A stretch of DNA of 64,000 bases from Eledone cirrhosa (GCA_964016885.1 OZ024742.1:206088001-206152000), one strand, 5' to 3'; counted from the first letter of the stretch, positions 1 through 14,010 are shown. Notes: generated from the sequence alone by a model not told the origin. Program-made: numbers and translations.

Positions 1-132
1 ATTTAGAAACAATTTTTTCAAGGGCCGAAGTAAAGATAGAGGCAGAGGGAGGTAGGTCAAACCGGCCGCAACTATCACTAGCAGCAGTCGGAGCGACACA
101 ATTTGTCTCAACAGTAGAGGAGAGTAGTAATA

Positions 133-397
133 ATAGGATATGTGTTCCTTCACGCACAAGGCGCTAAGGGACGCATGTATTGTCCAACCAAATGCCATTC
201 GAAACCGATCGGTAAAGGTAACTATAGTAGGTAAAGTCAATTTTTTAAAATTTATTTTGAAACTTTTTCATTATTTGCTAAACCTTGTTTATATATGTTC
301 TGGCTCGTTAATTTATTAACCTGCCATTGAACCACATTGGCATTTGGTTGGACAATACATGCGTCCCTTAGCGCCTTGTGCGTGAAGGAACACATAT

Positions 398-402
<5 letters not shown>
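133..402. repeat. 65-bp inverted repeat, fold-back PLE-type terminus
   Basis: 133-197 is the reverse complement of 338-402. The spacer holds an HHR 3' half (GAAA-CCGATCGG-TA, about 201-214). (TA)n follows. Confidence 0.85.
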
Positions 403-469
<67 letters not shown>

Positions 470-566
470 ATATATGTATGTACAAGGTAAACAGAAATAA
501 CAACACAATCGGTACATCATATGGAAGGTATATATTAGGTTGACGCTTGATATAGCAGGAAGAGGG

Positions 567-602
567 TCTTAACGTTTCGGACGCTAGTCCTTCATCAGAA
601 GA
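567..602 (-). ncRNA. minimal type I hammerhead ribozyme motif
   Basis: Minus strand reads TCTT-CTGATGA-A-GGAC-TAGC-GTCC-GAAA-CG-TT-AAGA. Helix III is the palindrome ACGT, so it could form only as a dimer. Confidence 0.8.
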
Positions 603-1769
603 AAGAATGAGAAATAAAATAGATTGAGGGGACGGGCGGGATGGAATTGGAAAAATGTCTTTAGATAAAAATATCAGGTCCATTCATGTTGACATCTCTT
701 GCAAAACTGTTGGTGATGGCGTTTTGTGTATGATTTATTTTTGTAGAAAAGTGGATGATGGAGCGTGTCTACCTGAAATGGAATAAAAAAAACCGTTTTG
801 TAAAAAGAGTTATACTTGTACACTTGTATAAACATGTGTGTGTGTGTGTGTGTTATTATACGTCCGTACGAAGCTAAGAAGAAATGTGCGTGTATATGTG
901 AGTAAAAGCGTGTGTGTGCATATAAGTACAAAGTTATGAGCAAAATTATGTTAATATAAGGGTGTTTATGTGTGTAACAGTGAAGGGAAAGTAGAGTGAG
1001 TATATATAGTCGGCCTGTATTAGTTGTAAGAGAAGATGTTAATGATCAAGAGAAAGCGATAGGAATCTAGGGGTGTGATAATGGACAGGGTATTAGAGAA
1101 ATTGGGGAGGTGAGTTGAGTCATTATATATATATATATATATACACATTTTATATATATATATTATATGCACTTGCAGAAAAACCGCCCCTAGGGCGGTT
1201 TTCTGCTGGCATATGTAGTGTGCATATTGGTATTATACGCAAATATATATGCATATAGATATATGTAAATTGAAAAGTAAATTGACAATATCTTCTTCAC
1301 TCACTTATTTCTGAGAGGGTCGTGGGGGCAGAGTCCTTCTCAAACATTCCTTCCATTGAGTCTGTCAGTAGCAAACATCTCTAACTGATCCAGCTGGATC
1401 CCAAAGCGTGACTAGCCAACTCATGGATGTTATCCAACTATCTTGCTCAGGGTCTCTTGCCGGTTGGTTTTGCTTGTAAAATGTGTCAAGCGATTCTTTA
1501 CTGAGACATTCTAACCACATGCTCATAATATCGGAGTTGTGATCTCTCAATTCGGAGAAGTAGCGGCTCTACCAGGAGTGACTCTCTGGTCTCTGAGTTA
1601 TACACTTTATCAAGTAATGTTACTCCAAAGACCCTTCGGAGGAATCCCATTTCTGCCATTTATATTTGCAATTGTATTTTTTTGGTCATTACTCAAGATT
1701 AATGATCTTCGGTAAGAGTTGGCAGGATTACCAGGAAAACAGCGAGTTTGGCTGTTACACCTACCCCCC

Positions 1770-1925
1770 TTCATCTGATTGATGAGGTTGGCGCTTTACT
1801 GCATCAGCTTTTGCAATTCTTGCACTTAATTCAGCCTCCCGCATTCCATCACTCAAGAACACGGCTCCAAGATATTTAAACTTCTCTAACTGCTTCAGTA
1901 GAACTCCATTCACATCTATATAAAT
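1770..1925 (-). mobile_element. RTE-type LINE RT C-terminal fragment
   Basis: Translation INGVLLKQLEKFKYLG-like ...EAELSARIAKA matches the post-RT FKYLG region of RTE elements. Confidence 0.7.
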
Positions 1926-2088
1926 TTGAGGGACTTCTGTCCACCCGTCCATCACACAATGTGTATGTGTGTTTGTGTGAATGTATGTGTGTTTAAAAGG
2001 CAAGAAAGGGATACACACGTGTCTCTATTTTAAGAACATTGACAAACTCACGCTCGTGCACATACACACACTGTCCTATTACCACTCA

Positions 2089-2503
2089 AGAGCTTTGGCC
2101 CGGGCAAACATCCCCTCAATTTTGGAACCGTCTTGACGGTCTTACTCTGTGCTCCTGGTGAAGAGGCAGGTGCCTTAACTGGGGCGTTACAGTTAGTGAC
2201 TCTTTTGCTTCTTCCCACATTCTGGATGCAGCGGTAAGTGCGAGAGCTACAGCATCGGCAGCTGAATGGAACAAAATCCTAAAATACTGTGTTCTCTCAG
2301 CCAACTACATTATCCAGCCTGTGGCGTTGGAGACGTTGGGGGGAGTCGAGCTACTGACACCGAGGTTCTTATCTTCACTGGCGGCTCGCCAAACAGAGGT
2401 AACTGGTGATGCTCGTGAGGGCACTTGGTTGTTCCAGCACCTCGTCCTCGCTATCACCGCAGGTAATGTTGCGAGCGTGCTGGCTTGCCTCAAAAATTAT
2501 TAG
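2089..2503 (+). mobile_element. CRE-clade non-LTR retrotransposon 3' fragment (restriction-like endonuclease), degraded
   Basis: Reads RLDGLTLCSW*RGRCLNWGVTVSD...KILKY...QPVALETLG...LFQHLVLAITAGNVASV, typical CRE RLE motifs. Confidence 0.75.
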
Positions 2504-3211
2504 AGAGGTTTCCCAGTGCTCCTCGCGAAATTGCTATCTTTTGCTCTGACAGCGGCTCGTTTTCCACTCTTTCGCCTGCATATTGTTCTGTGGCCTAAGA
2601 TGTGTGTATCACCTACTTGTGTATTTTTCTCTTTCTTTTTTTTCCTTTCCCTTTCCTTTGTATATATTATATTTATTAGTGCTTTCGTTCTGTAATCATT
2701 ATATTAAATGAGTTTAAAAAAAAAGAGTTAATAAATAAATAACGAGTTAATGAATAAATAAAACGTTATACTTGTTTTACCCTCCCATTTCCAATTCACC
2801 GAATGCTATCATGACTGTATGTGTATGTTTGTGTAAATGTACATGTGTGAATGTATGTATGTTTGTGTGAAAGTATATGTGTGAATGTATGTATATTTGT
2901 GTGAAAGTATATATGTTTGTGTGAAAGTATGTGTGAATGTATGTATATTTGTGTGAAAGTATGTGTATTTATGTGAATTATGTCCGGGAGAGTGTATTTT
3001 TATAAGTTTGTGTTTTCGCGATTATAGTTATATACTCATACATATAGATGTTTGTACGTGCACACTCACACGCGTCAGCCTGTAGAAAATCATAATCTCT
3101 CACATCACACACTCTCTTTCTATATATATGGTAGTTGAAATGGTGGTGGTGGCGACGATATACCGGAAGTGCAACTTTCATTATTTATTTATAGTAATCC
3201 AACTTATTTTA

Positions 3212-3281
<70 letters not shown>

Positions 3282-3454
3282 AATAAAGTACGGTTTATTT
3301 TTGTTAATCCAGTTAGTAAAATAAGTTGGATTACTTTCTCATTCATTCACTCCGGTGGTACGAAGCCAGATACAGATTTCTGATTTCTGAAAGACTACAT
3401 GGATTCCTAAATACCTTCAGCCTGTCTCCAGTTCATCCGTAGATATTATTTCTC

Positions 3455-3632
3455 CTTGGCAGAATTGGTAGAGGGTTGGACATGCTTTCCAGCATAGTTA
3501 CGTCCCTTTACGATCTGAGTTCAAATCCCGCCAAGGTTAACTTTGCCTTTCATCCTTACGAGGTCGATAAATTAAAGTACCAGTAATGTACTGGGTTATT
3601 GCTGGCCTTGTGCCGAAAGTAGAAACAATTAT
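3455..3632 (+). mobile_element. tRNA-derived SINE (MetaSINE-like, cephalopod type)
   Basis: B box GAGTTCAAATCC, then CTTTGCCTTTCATCCTT..GGTCGATAAA..AAGTACCAGT. Other copies at 3996-4165, 36333-36403 and 38848-38957. Confidence 0.8.
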
Positions 3633-3995
3633 TTCTCCTCTCTTGCAGGTATTTGCCTTCCTTCCTCTTCAATTTCAAAATGTCCTGTTCCCATCGGTTA
3701 TTTTTATTGTTGTTATTCCTAAATATCCTATGATGATATACGTGTGCTGACGGCTGCCTATCTCACAATTTCCCTCCCCACTCACCACCACAGGCTATTC
3801 GACCAATCAAACCTCAAACGATTATCAGCCCCAACAAACACTTGCACTACTACTACTACTGCACTCCTAGCCCTTACCAGCCCCAACAAACTCTGCCATT
3901 ACTACTACTGTCCTTCTAGCCCTGCACTAAATAATAATAATTCCTTTACTGATATCTATGGATGAGCTGGTGATAAATGGAACAATCCCGAATTA

Positions 3996-4165
3996 ATAAT
4001 TGTTTCTACTTTTGGCACAAGGCCAGCAATTATCCAGAACATTACTGGTACTTTATTTTATCGACCCCGTAAGGATGAAAGGCAAAGTTAACCTCGGCGG
4101 GATTTGAACTCAGACCATAAAGGGCCGTAACTCTTTGCTGCAAAGCATGGCGTCCGACCCTCTAC
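3996..4165 (-). mobile_element. same SINE family, inverted copy
   Basis: Reverse-complement match to 3455-3632. Confidence 0.8.
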
Positions 4166-4203
4166 CATTACTGCCAATCCACCCCGAATTAATAATGAAT
4201 ATG

Positions 4204-4841
4204 AATCTGCAAGCTACCAAACACCCATGCAAAGCTTTAATTCAGAGACAGGAAGCATACCCCCCCCCCGCAAAAATTCAGCCCATCCTACGAGTGATGG
4301 CAAATGTCCAAATATCTGAGTTGGAACCATCAATGTCAGCACAATGAAAGGAAGAGCAGGAGAAATGGTAGAGATGCTAGAGCGAAAGGAAATTGATGTA
4401 TGCTGTGTGCAAGAGACTAGATGGAGAGGAGAGTCCGCTAGAGTCCTCGTAGGCAAAAGCCAAAGCCACAAATTCTTCTGGGTGAGAAATGACAACAGGA
4501 TGGGAGGTGTGGGTATACTAGTAGCTGACAAATGGCTTGATAAGGTAATCTCAGTGAACAGGGTGAATGCAAGAATCATTAAACTCAGACTAGTCCTGAA
4601 TAAAACAATTTCCACGATAGTATCAGCTTACGCACCCCAATCGCAGTTGCCTGACGAACTTAAGGATAGGTTTTACGAGTCTACAAACGGCAATGACTTC
4701 GTAATCATTGCAGGAGATTTTAACGGACACGTTGGCAAACACCGTGATGGCTTCTATAGAGTCAATGGAGGCCGCGGGTTTGGCACAAGAAATGAAGAAG
4801 ACTTCAGGATCCTGGAATTCTGCGACGCCAATGACATGTCG
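4204..4841 (+). mobile_element. RTE LINE APE endonuclease fragment
   Basis: IDVCCVQETRW, GGVGILV, VSAYAPQ, IAGDFNGHVG, RILEFC. Ends at (TA)n. Confidence 0.9.
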
Positions 4842-4869
4842 ATATATATATATATATATATATATATTC

Positions 4870-5921
4870 TAGGGCGCGTAAAATTCACGAGATCCATGGA
4901 CGAGTTCTCTCCAGCGGTATCTGTCCCTCATTATCGCTGCCATGTCCTGCGTCTCCAACAGACCAGTGTCTGTCCTTAGGGCATCAACATACGTTAACCT
5001 TGATCTTCCTCTTCCAGTGTGTCCATGTAGGGGCTCCCACAGGAGCACTGAGTGCAATGTCAACTCTGGATGTCAGTGAGCATGTCCAGCTAACCTCAGT
5101 CTCCTCTGTGTCACTTTTGAGCTGACTTTTGGGAGGCTCCCATACAGCTCTGAGTTTTCATCCTCAGTGTATACTGATTAATGTTCAGAGCCATCCTCAG
5201 CATTCTCGTGTAGCACCCATCCACCATCTGAGTGAGTTTCTTGGTCAGTGTCCAAGTCTCAGACCCGTACAGCAGCACAGACTCCACTTAAGCAATGAAG
5301 AGGCGGATTTTCAGGTCTTTACGAAGGTCCGACTTCCCCACCGATCTCAAGCTGTGGCACGCCGCCCAGGCTTTGCGCTTCCTCTCAACCACATCATCTT
5401 TGCTCCCAAATACAGGCAGTCCTCAACCAATTCTAGCAGGTTCCCGCCTACATTAGTGATCCCCTCTGGCTTCTCAACATTCTCTACCAGATATTTTATT
5501 AGGGAATCCCCAAGAAGATATTGGACCTGATATCACTGCTCTACACCAACACCAAAGCCCAAGTCATTACACCTGATGGGATGACAGAGTTCTTTGAGAT
5601 ACTGGCTGGAGTGCTCCAGGGAGATACATTGGCTCCCTACCTTTTTATCATCGTAGTGGACCTTGCGTATGCGCCTTGCACTGGAGAAACACCAGGATTC
5701 TGGCATTACTTTAGCACCGGCGCAGAGCAGGAGAGTTAAGGTGAAAAAGATATCGGATACTGAATTTGCCGACGACATAGTTTTGGTGACAAATACAGTG
5801 AAGGAGGCAGAGGATTTAATGCAGGAGGTTGAGACTGTGACGATGAGTGTGGGGCTGAGAATGAATGAGACTAAAACAAAATATCTGGTAGAGAATGTTG
5901 AGAAGCCAGACGGGATCACTA
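4870..5921. mobile_element. RTE-like LINE 3' part with 5' inversion
   Basis: + strand 5500-5921 has GVLQGDTLAPYLF and FADDIVL. - strand 5497-4870 has the C-terminal LLWEP..GRSRLTYVD. About 44 bp is inverted-duplicated (5455-5497 vs 5878-5921). Confidence 0.85.
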
Positions 5922-5962
5922 ATATATATATATTATATATATTATATATATATTATATATAT

Positions 5963-6046
<84 letters not shown>

Positions 6047-6192
6047 ATATAATAGTAATAATAATAAATTTGAAGATTAAAATCCAAAGAGGGCTCGATT
6101 AGGATAAATATATATCAAATATATAAGAACCGTAGAGCAAATATTTATTAAAATAACAGATTTAATCTGTTATTTTAATAAATATATATATA

Positions 6193-9100
6193 TTAGCTGA
6201 GCTACCCGGTGATACCCGGGTATTTTATGAAAGTTACAATATATTTGGCACACATTACAAAATATTTGACCATTCAAATATGATTGCTGAGTTTTAACCA
6301 AAGTAGGAATTATAGCTGAATATTTATTGCCGTTTGGTCAAAGTAAATCATCTAGATAAAAATATTAGTTTTTTCCAGTAGTGATTTTTTGAATACTGCT
6401 CCCTATTACAGTCAGCATATATAATGCTTTACTCATAGAAGAATCATAAGGGCATGACCCCAAAAATATATTTAGATTTTTTTTTATTTATCCTTTTCTT
6501 TCTTTTTTTTTTTTGCTCAATCTGAAATTCAAACAACATGTAAATACTATTTTAAAAACCATAAATGAAATAAGAAAATAAATTTAGCATTGGTTTATGA
6601 TTGAATGAAGCATTTCCGTACTCATTTCTGTAATTCGAGGAAAGTGTATTTAAATTTGTACACTGTAACTTTCACCAATCTTTGCCTCTATGGCAATAGG
6701 ATCTTGTTTGAGAGAGATTTGTTTTCTATTTCTATTAGCTATACCAACAGTTATAGAGGCTCACATGACATACATAGATACATACACACATGTATGTGTG
6801 TAAGACAGTTGTGTGTGATTTGAAATGGATTTTGCTAATATTTCTAGTAGATCGAGTTATCACATAGAACCATTCCTTTTTGCTTCATACACATATACAT
6901 ACCTGAGAAAGTAAGGTGGGATTTGAAGGAAATTTGGCTGCTATTTATACCCAACAAAGTCCTCAATTATACTACTTTAGATAACAGAGGTACCCGGGAA
7001 TGCCTGTATATTCTTCCAAAGTAACACCATGCAGTAAATTTGCGGCTTCAGAATTCCTTGCAAACTACATGACTAAGGAATTAGGATCTGTATGTATTGT
7101 CAATGAATGAGGAATTACGACATTGCTCATTCCAAAGCCTCTGGATAAACAACATTCTTCGTTTTGCCCTGTGGTGCCACAAAGAAGAGACAATCAGGGT
7201 TCCCAACCCTTGTTGTGCCAACATAGAGTTGATCATGTGAAAAGACAGGATCTGCCAGATTCAACCCAACGACTTTCAATGATTGCCCTTGAGATTTATT
7301 AATGGTCATGGCAAAACTGAGCCTGATCGGAAATTGAAGTCTTTGAAATTAAAATGGCAAATCAGTTGGCTTCAGAGATATTCTGGGAATGAACAATTGT
7401 CACCAGCAAATTTTCCTTATGTTTTCTAGAACATTGGACATCATATTTTTGATGATGAGTCTTGTGCCATTACAAAGTTTTGGAGGATCCAGATTGCGAA
7501 GTAGCATAACCGATACTCCAAGCTTCAGTATCAGGTTGTATGGAGGAATTCCCGCTTGTTCAAGACTGTTCAAAAATTGAGTTGGATAGTTTACAACCTG
7601 ATCTTGAGAAGTGATTGTGTCAACTGATTTGTAGCATATTTTCTCTCCCGGTAACATCTCCAGCAGACTTCTGTTGACTTCTTTCACAGCAACAGTTTTA
7701 GGTGCTAAGATTGCTCGTTCACAGAGCCATTTCGGATCACATTGCCTGGTCTGAATGTTTGGAAACACTCTGGCAATCAGTTCTTGTTCTGTGTCAAGGA
7801 TATGGCCAAATGACAACTGAATATGGTCATTGGAGTCGTTTTCAAGAAGTCCATTTCTCAATTTAAGTAGTTGGATGGCAAACTCACTGACACCTTCGTC
7901 GCCTGTTAAGTGCACTCGAATGTTGGTTGTAAGGCTCAGCAGCTGAAAGTGGGGCCAGGCATTGACCTGATCAGCTCGAGTCCCTCGAAGAATTACAGGC
8001 AGAGTTTGTCTGAAATCACCAGCAAGAACCATTGTCACTCCTCCCATTATGCAACTATTTTCTCTCAGATCTCTTATCGTCCGGTCCAAAGCTTCAATTG
8101 CTCCTTTATGGCTCATAGTAGCTTCATCCCAAATTATCATCTTGCATGTTTGCAGAAGCTTTTCTCTTGGGTGAGTTCTTCTTGATGTTGCAAAAAGATT
8201 GTTCATGCCGTGTGAGATCTATGGGCAGCTTAAACATGGAGTGTGCAGTTCTTCCTCCATCCAGAAGTGTTGCGGCAATGCCACTTGAAGCCACAGCAAG
8301 GGCAATATGTTGCCTTTGGCGAACTTTTGCAAGCAGAAGGTTTATGAGGAATGTCTTGCCTCTGCCAGCAGGAACATCGATGAAGAAAAGTCCTCCCCTG
8401 TCATTTTGAACGTTTTCTATGATGTTGTGGTAGGCGTATTTCTGGTCATCCATCAATCGAGTTTCATTTTCATCCACAAACTTACGCAATGCTTGAATAT
8501 CGTAGTTTGTCTCCTGAAAAATGTCTTGTGCTACCTCCATTTCTTCATCTGGCTCTGGCATCCCGCAGTTAGCTAATGTGCTATTCATTGCCTGAACTCG
8601 ATGGGACAGGTCACAGAGAGCTTGATTGTAAATCCTGGGGGTATATTCCATATATATATTGCCATGATATCTTCGCGCTAGGTGTAGATAGTCGTCCGGC
8701 ATATTGTTTTTGTACTCCTGCCAGAGTAGATGAGCTTCATCAATTCCATATTAGCATAATAGCAAATAATTGTCTTATTTGACTGGCTACTTGAGTGATT
8801 GCTGCTTCTTCAAAGCACTTCTTCCAGTGTCCATTGTCATGCAGGAGTCCATGCTGTTTACATGCTTCTTGGTATGTTGCGCTCTCCCTTCCTCTGAAGC
8901 ATCTAAGATCCTCAAATGACGTTGGTCCTCGAACAGTATGCAGAAGTAGCCGTAAATAAAAACATTCTCTGTTGTTGGGATGGACATTGTAAACACGCCC
9001 AATAGCATCACTTGACTTGACTTCATGACCTTCCACTAAATGACCCTGCTTTCTTCGATTCCAGGTCTTGCAATTGGTCCAGGTGTATTATGTTGGGACT

Positions 9101-9900
9101 TCAGCATATAGGAGGGATCGAGCAAACTCATCATTCTGGCAGAGTTTAAAGAAAGCAGTTAGTGTAGTGTCATGTGATGCTTGTGCCAACTGATGAGCAG
9201 TGATCTCAGTGAAGTACACTCTCTGTCCATTTTCCAGATGGACTGCGAGATTAACCACTTTTGGGTGGCGTTGGTGGATATCAAACCCAAAGATTCGCCA
9301 GATAGCTTCATTGCTGGAGATGTATCGGCCTGTTTGATACCGTTTGACCTCATCCAGCTCACCATCATTGAGTTCTTTGTCAGTAATAAAGGTAGCCATG
9401 TCACTGCTCTTGTTGATATATTTTGTGACATATAGGATTGTCTTGACGGAGCTGCAATACTCAACATTGATATGAGCTTTTAAAAGTTTACACAACAATT
9501 TGTTGTGTGGGACGACCCACTGATTGTTTATGGTCAGCTCCCCTACTCGAACTGTTAGGCTTGCAGTATTGCCTCCATGTTCTGGTCTACGCCTACGATA
9601 AAGGGGGTATACATTATTGTCCTTCCGATTTTTCCGAATAAAAGCTCTAGGATAATGTTTGCTGCATTTTTTATCTTTTTACTGCTGTTCCTTAATTTGA
9701 TGTTCTCGTGTAGCAGCAGTCCTTTGTTCTCTTTCATCCAAAAGGTGTGCTCGTGTTAAACCTGTTTGAGCTCTGTTAGCAGCTAGAGGGGCATGCTGAA
9801 CTCCTTCACTTTCTTCAGATCGCTGTTTTCTTTGTCTTAGCCTCTGAAGATCACCTTCCATATAATGTTCTGGAACGTTTTCTAGGCATTTGAAGTGATA
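6193..9900 (-). mobile_element. Helitron with fragmented Rep-Pif1 helicase
   Basis: [72 protein letters not shown]. 3' hairpin TACCCGG/CCGGGTA (6203-6222), then CTAA|T. 5' end not resolved. Confidence 0.93.
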
Positions 9901-10290
9901 TTATTACACACCACACTCTTTCCAAAATAGAAACAACTATAGAATGTATTGTTCACCCAGTAAAGTTGTTTTAAATGATCTTTTTATATGAATGTATATT
10001 AGGTGTAATTAATTTTAGACATATGTAGAAAATATTAGGATTTCAGATTGTATCCAAAAAAACGACAAACAATACAAAAAAAATATTTTCTGTGTTAATT
10101 CAAATAACAGCGGAAAATGATATATTCAAATAATATCTTTTAAAAATACCGTTTTATTTTTGTCTGTTAAATACATACATATATACAACTTCTATAAAAG
10201 CATCTGTGATTTCTTTAGACATATGTAGAAAATAAGCTTTGATGGTAACATATATCGTCTGTGTGTGTAAATATATATATAAACGCGGAC

Positions 10291-10327
<37 letters not shown>

Positions 10328-10462
10328 AATGGAGAAGTTATATTTAATTTGTTGGGATACAACAAGCAAATATTTTTATAACTGACATAAAGCACTCAAC
10401 AAATTTTTGGAGTAAAAATACAATATATTAACAAATGGAAACTATAATTATAAAACCATATT

Positions 10463-10527
10463 TATTTCATTATACATATTTCAAGGACACCAAAGCAAAT
10501 TATGGTGCGCTTTCATCAGATAAAATA
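10463..10527 (-). ncRNA. hammerhead ribozyme motif in PLE terminus
   Basis: TATTTTAT-CTGATGA-stem II (AAG..CACCA/TGGTG..CTT)-GAAA-TATGTA-TA-ATGAAATA. Same family as 63379-63830. Confidence 0.8.
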
Positions 10528-10595
10528 TAATATAGATCAGTTTTATAAACAAATATTGACATAACCTTAAAGAATGCGACCATGTCGGTTGGAAG

Positions 10596-10669
<74 letters not shown>

Positions 10670-11276
10670 TCCCCCCTCTCTCTATGGAATAGAGAACAAA
10701 AAAATAAAGAAAAGATAAATAACGTTAAGGAAGCTGGAGAGTTAAAAAGTGTGTAAAAATAAAAAAAAATAAAAAGTTAAGAACGCTGGTTACTTTCCCT
10801 CTCTCTCTTTCATCGTCTTTCTCTCTCTTCCCCTTACTCTCTTTCTCTCTCACATCCCCTTACTCTCTCTCTCTCCCATCTCCCACTCTCTCTCTCTCAT
10901 TCCTTACTCTCTTTCTCTCTCACATCCCCTTACTCTCTCTCTCCCATCGACTCATTCTCTCTCTTTTTCTCTCATCCCCTTACACTCTCTCCCACCCACT
11001 CACTATCTCTCTTTCTCTCTCATCCCTTACTCTCTCTCTATTTCTCTCTCCCACCCTCACTCTCTTATCTACAGATTGGAGAACATAAAAAAAACAAAAT
11101 GGATGATCTCTTTTGATATTCATTAGAAAATAAGATAAATTGAATTTAAATGAATTCCTTGCTTTGCAAAGTCATACTTTTTCGACCGTTACCTGTCCGA
11201 GTGTATAGTGAATATGTACATGTAATTTTGAGGAGTTTGGTCCGGTAGTTTGCTAGTTTTAGGCGGACACACAGAC

Positions 11277-12489
11277 CAATGAATGAGACAATCATCCAAG
11301 TAGCGTTTCCAATTCTCTGATAAATATTTGTGGAAGTTCAATCCGTATTTTGATTTGGACTGTTCATATATCTGGACTTCTAAGTATGCCATGACTAAGT
11401 TGGCATAAGTTGGAGCGGCTTTTGTACCCATCGAAATCCCCGATATTTGTTTGTAAGTAATGCCATCGAAATCAAAAAAGTTGTTCTGTAAGATAGATTT
11501 TAATCCCTCGGTGATGAAGTTTTTTTCTATTCTGCCAGGTATCTCATTGGGATATTTCTCTAGCCAGAATCCTATTGCTTCTAGTCCGTATTGGTGTGGG
11601 ATCGTTGTGTATACCAAGCCTTGTAAGAGATCGTCTCTTCCAAGGCTTGGTATGTGTTGGACCTCTTAAACCACCTCCCCAAACATGTCAACAACAACAC
11701 TATCATTGTGTCTTTCGATGTAGTGAATCTCTAAAAGAATTACAAAGACTTCAAGAATTAAAGGAAATTCTACTCGAAAGACAGTACCCACCATTACTAA
11801 TAAATAATGGAATAGAAAGGGCTAAAGCAATAGGCATTGATGAATTACGAAAACAGAAACAAATTCAAGGTACGGCCAATATTCTATAATATATCTCAAC
11901 ACACAACCCAAGAAATACGGAAGCTTACAACACTATTCACAAGAACATCCCACTATTAAAACAAGACCCAAGAATGAAAAAGCCCTTGAAACACAATAAA
12001 TAATCAAAAGCAAAAGACAACCGAAATCACTAAAAACATTACACACCAATGCCAAATTGCCTACCACAAACCCACAACCAGCTGTCAAAAAATGTGGTCG
12101 CTCTAATTGTGGAACCTGCACTCACCTCATTGAAGGCAACACGTATACATTTCAATCAGGACAAAATTTTGCTGTAAAAAATCACTTCACTTGCTCATCA
12201 AAAAAATCTAATTCATGCCATTAAATGTAAAGGATGCAATGAAGATTATATAGGACAAACTAAACTCACACTCAGAAACAGAATGACAGTTCATCGCCAA
12301 CAATTACGAGATACAACCACGAGACAGATACCACTAAGTGCACAACTAGACATATGCGCAAGTAATAAGACACCCAAATTCCAAGTCTTCCCATTTTACC
12401 TTTGCGCTGACAATACAACAGAACAAATACGAATAAATAAGGAAAATATGTTTATTCAAAAATATAGACCAGCATTAAATATAGTTTAA
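11277..12489. mobile_element. Neptune-like PLE fragment, RT core inverted
   Basis: - strand has YTTIPH, GISMGTKAAPTYANL, WKRYLDDC. + strand has VSFDVVNL, RQYPP, the linker KCGRSNCGTC and GIY-YIG YIGQT..RM. Confidence 0.88.
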
Positions 12490-12852
12490 TATACATTATG
12501 TCAACACCATAAGATGCTAACCATCCAAACAGACACATGCACACACACATAACACCTTCTACTTTAGAAAATAAAAACCCGAACTAAATAAATCTTAACA
12601 TACGTTAATACTCTAACACCTTAACACGCCCCCCATACACACACATAACTCCCTCCCCCATTTCTACTAATAGAATCACTTTCCTACACACATACACACA
12701 CACAAAATATATATATTCTCTCCATCTTAACATACACCCCCCACACACACATAATACCTATACACACACACACAACTCCCTCCCCCATTTCTACTAATAG
12801 AATCATCTTCCTATACACACACACATACACACACACAAGTACACAAATAATT

Positions 12853-13325
12853 TCATAATTTCATTTATAACCAATCACATTACATTTATAAAAAAAAAGC
12901 CTTCGTGAGCCACCCTTTTTTTAAAGTAAAAAGAAATTCAAACAAACTGGCGCGAAAGCTGATGTGCTTATTCACGTGACTGCATCAACCAAACTTCACT
13001 CATATATGAAAAACAACCTGCCATATTCACTGAACCAGAACAATTCTCCCCATCCCATTTCTCTTGACCATTATCTTTTGTTTGTCATAAAATTCTCTAA
13101 AAGGCTACAAAATAAATTCCCAAATACGGGCGCAAAATTTAATGAACGTGTTCACGTAACAGTCATAATTTCATTTATAACCAATAAAATTACATTTATA
13201 AAAAAAAAGCCTTTGTGAGCCACTTTTTTTTAAGTAAAAAGAAATTCAAATAAACTGGCGCGAAAGCTGATGTACTTATTCACGTGACTGCATCAAACAA
13301 CCAAACTTCACTCATATGTGAAAAA
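12853..13325. repeat. direct duplication of about 145 bp in PLE 3' region
   Basis: 12853-13000 approximately equals 13163-13325. Confidence 0.75.
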
Positions 13326-13526
13326 ACGATCTGAGCCCCCCCCCCCCCCTTGTTTGAAGAACTTTGGAACGCTAACTGGCGCGAAATTTATTATACTTAT
13401 TCACCAACCAATCAAATTACTTCTCTAAAAACCTGGCGTTTCGAGCCATTTTTTCCATATAAAACAAGTAACATTCAAAGACCAACCAGATGTGAGAAAA
13501 ACCACAGACCCTCCATCTCAACTCTG

Positions 13527-13562
13527 CTTTTTAAAAGCAGAAGAACTGCGAAACCGGTAAAG
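13527..13562 (+). ncRNA. degenerate hammerhead motif
   Basis: CTT-TTTAAAA-GCAG/CTGC-GAAA-CCGG-TA-AAG. The core is one change from TTGANAA. Confidence 0.5.
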
Positions 13563-13882
13563 GAATCAAGTAAATATTTTTTTAAAAATAAGACTCCAGT
13601 TGCATTTTCGATTTCATCTTTTTTCCTTATATATATATAAACGGAAAAAATGAAATGGAATTTCATTTCCCACTCTTAGTACGGCTGTTACTTAAATATA
13701 AGTATGTACACGTACATACATATATGTATACAGACGTACAGTAGTATGTATATATATATACATACATGCACACATAAATATATGCACGTATGGATTCACC
13801 GAACATTTATTATAATGCTCGGTGTGTTTGTAAACAAACATCTCGTATTAAGCCGTGTACATATATATATATATATATATAT

Positions 13883-14010
13883 AGTTTTAATATAGAAGAG
13901 ATTCTACAGGACTAGAACTGTTTCATTCATTAGAAATCATCAGGGATTCCTGATGATTTCTAATGAATGAAACAGTTCTAGTCCTGTAGAATCTCTTCTA
14001 TATTAAAACT
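13883..14010. repeat. perfect palindrome (62-bp arms, 4-nt spacer) containing a hammerhead motif
   Basis: 13883-13944 is the reverse complement of 13949-14010. + strand reads GGATTC-CTGATGA-weak stem II-GAA-ACAG/CTGT-A-GAATCT. Confidence 0.9.

Noticed and set aside
7127-8702. Host PIF1 gene
   Set aside because: Intronless, frameshifted, fused to Rep motifs and ending in a Helitron terminus.
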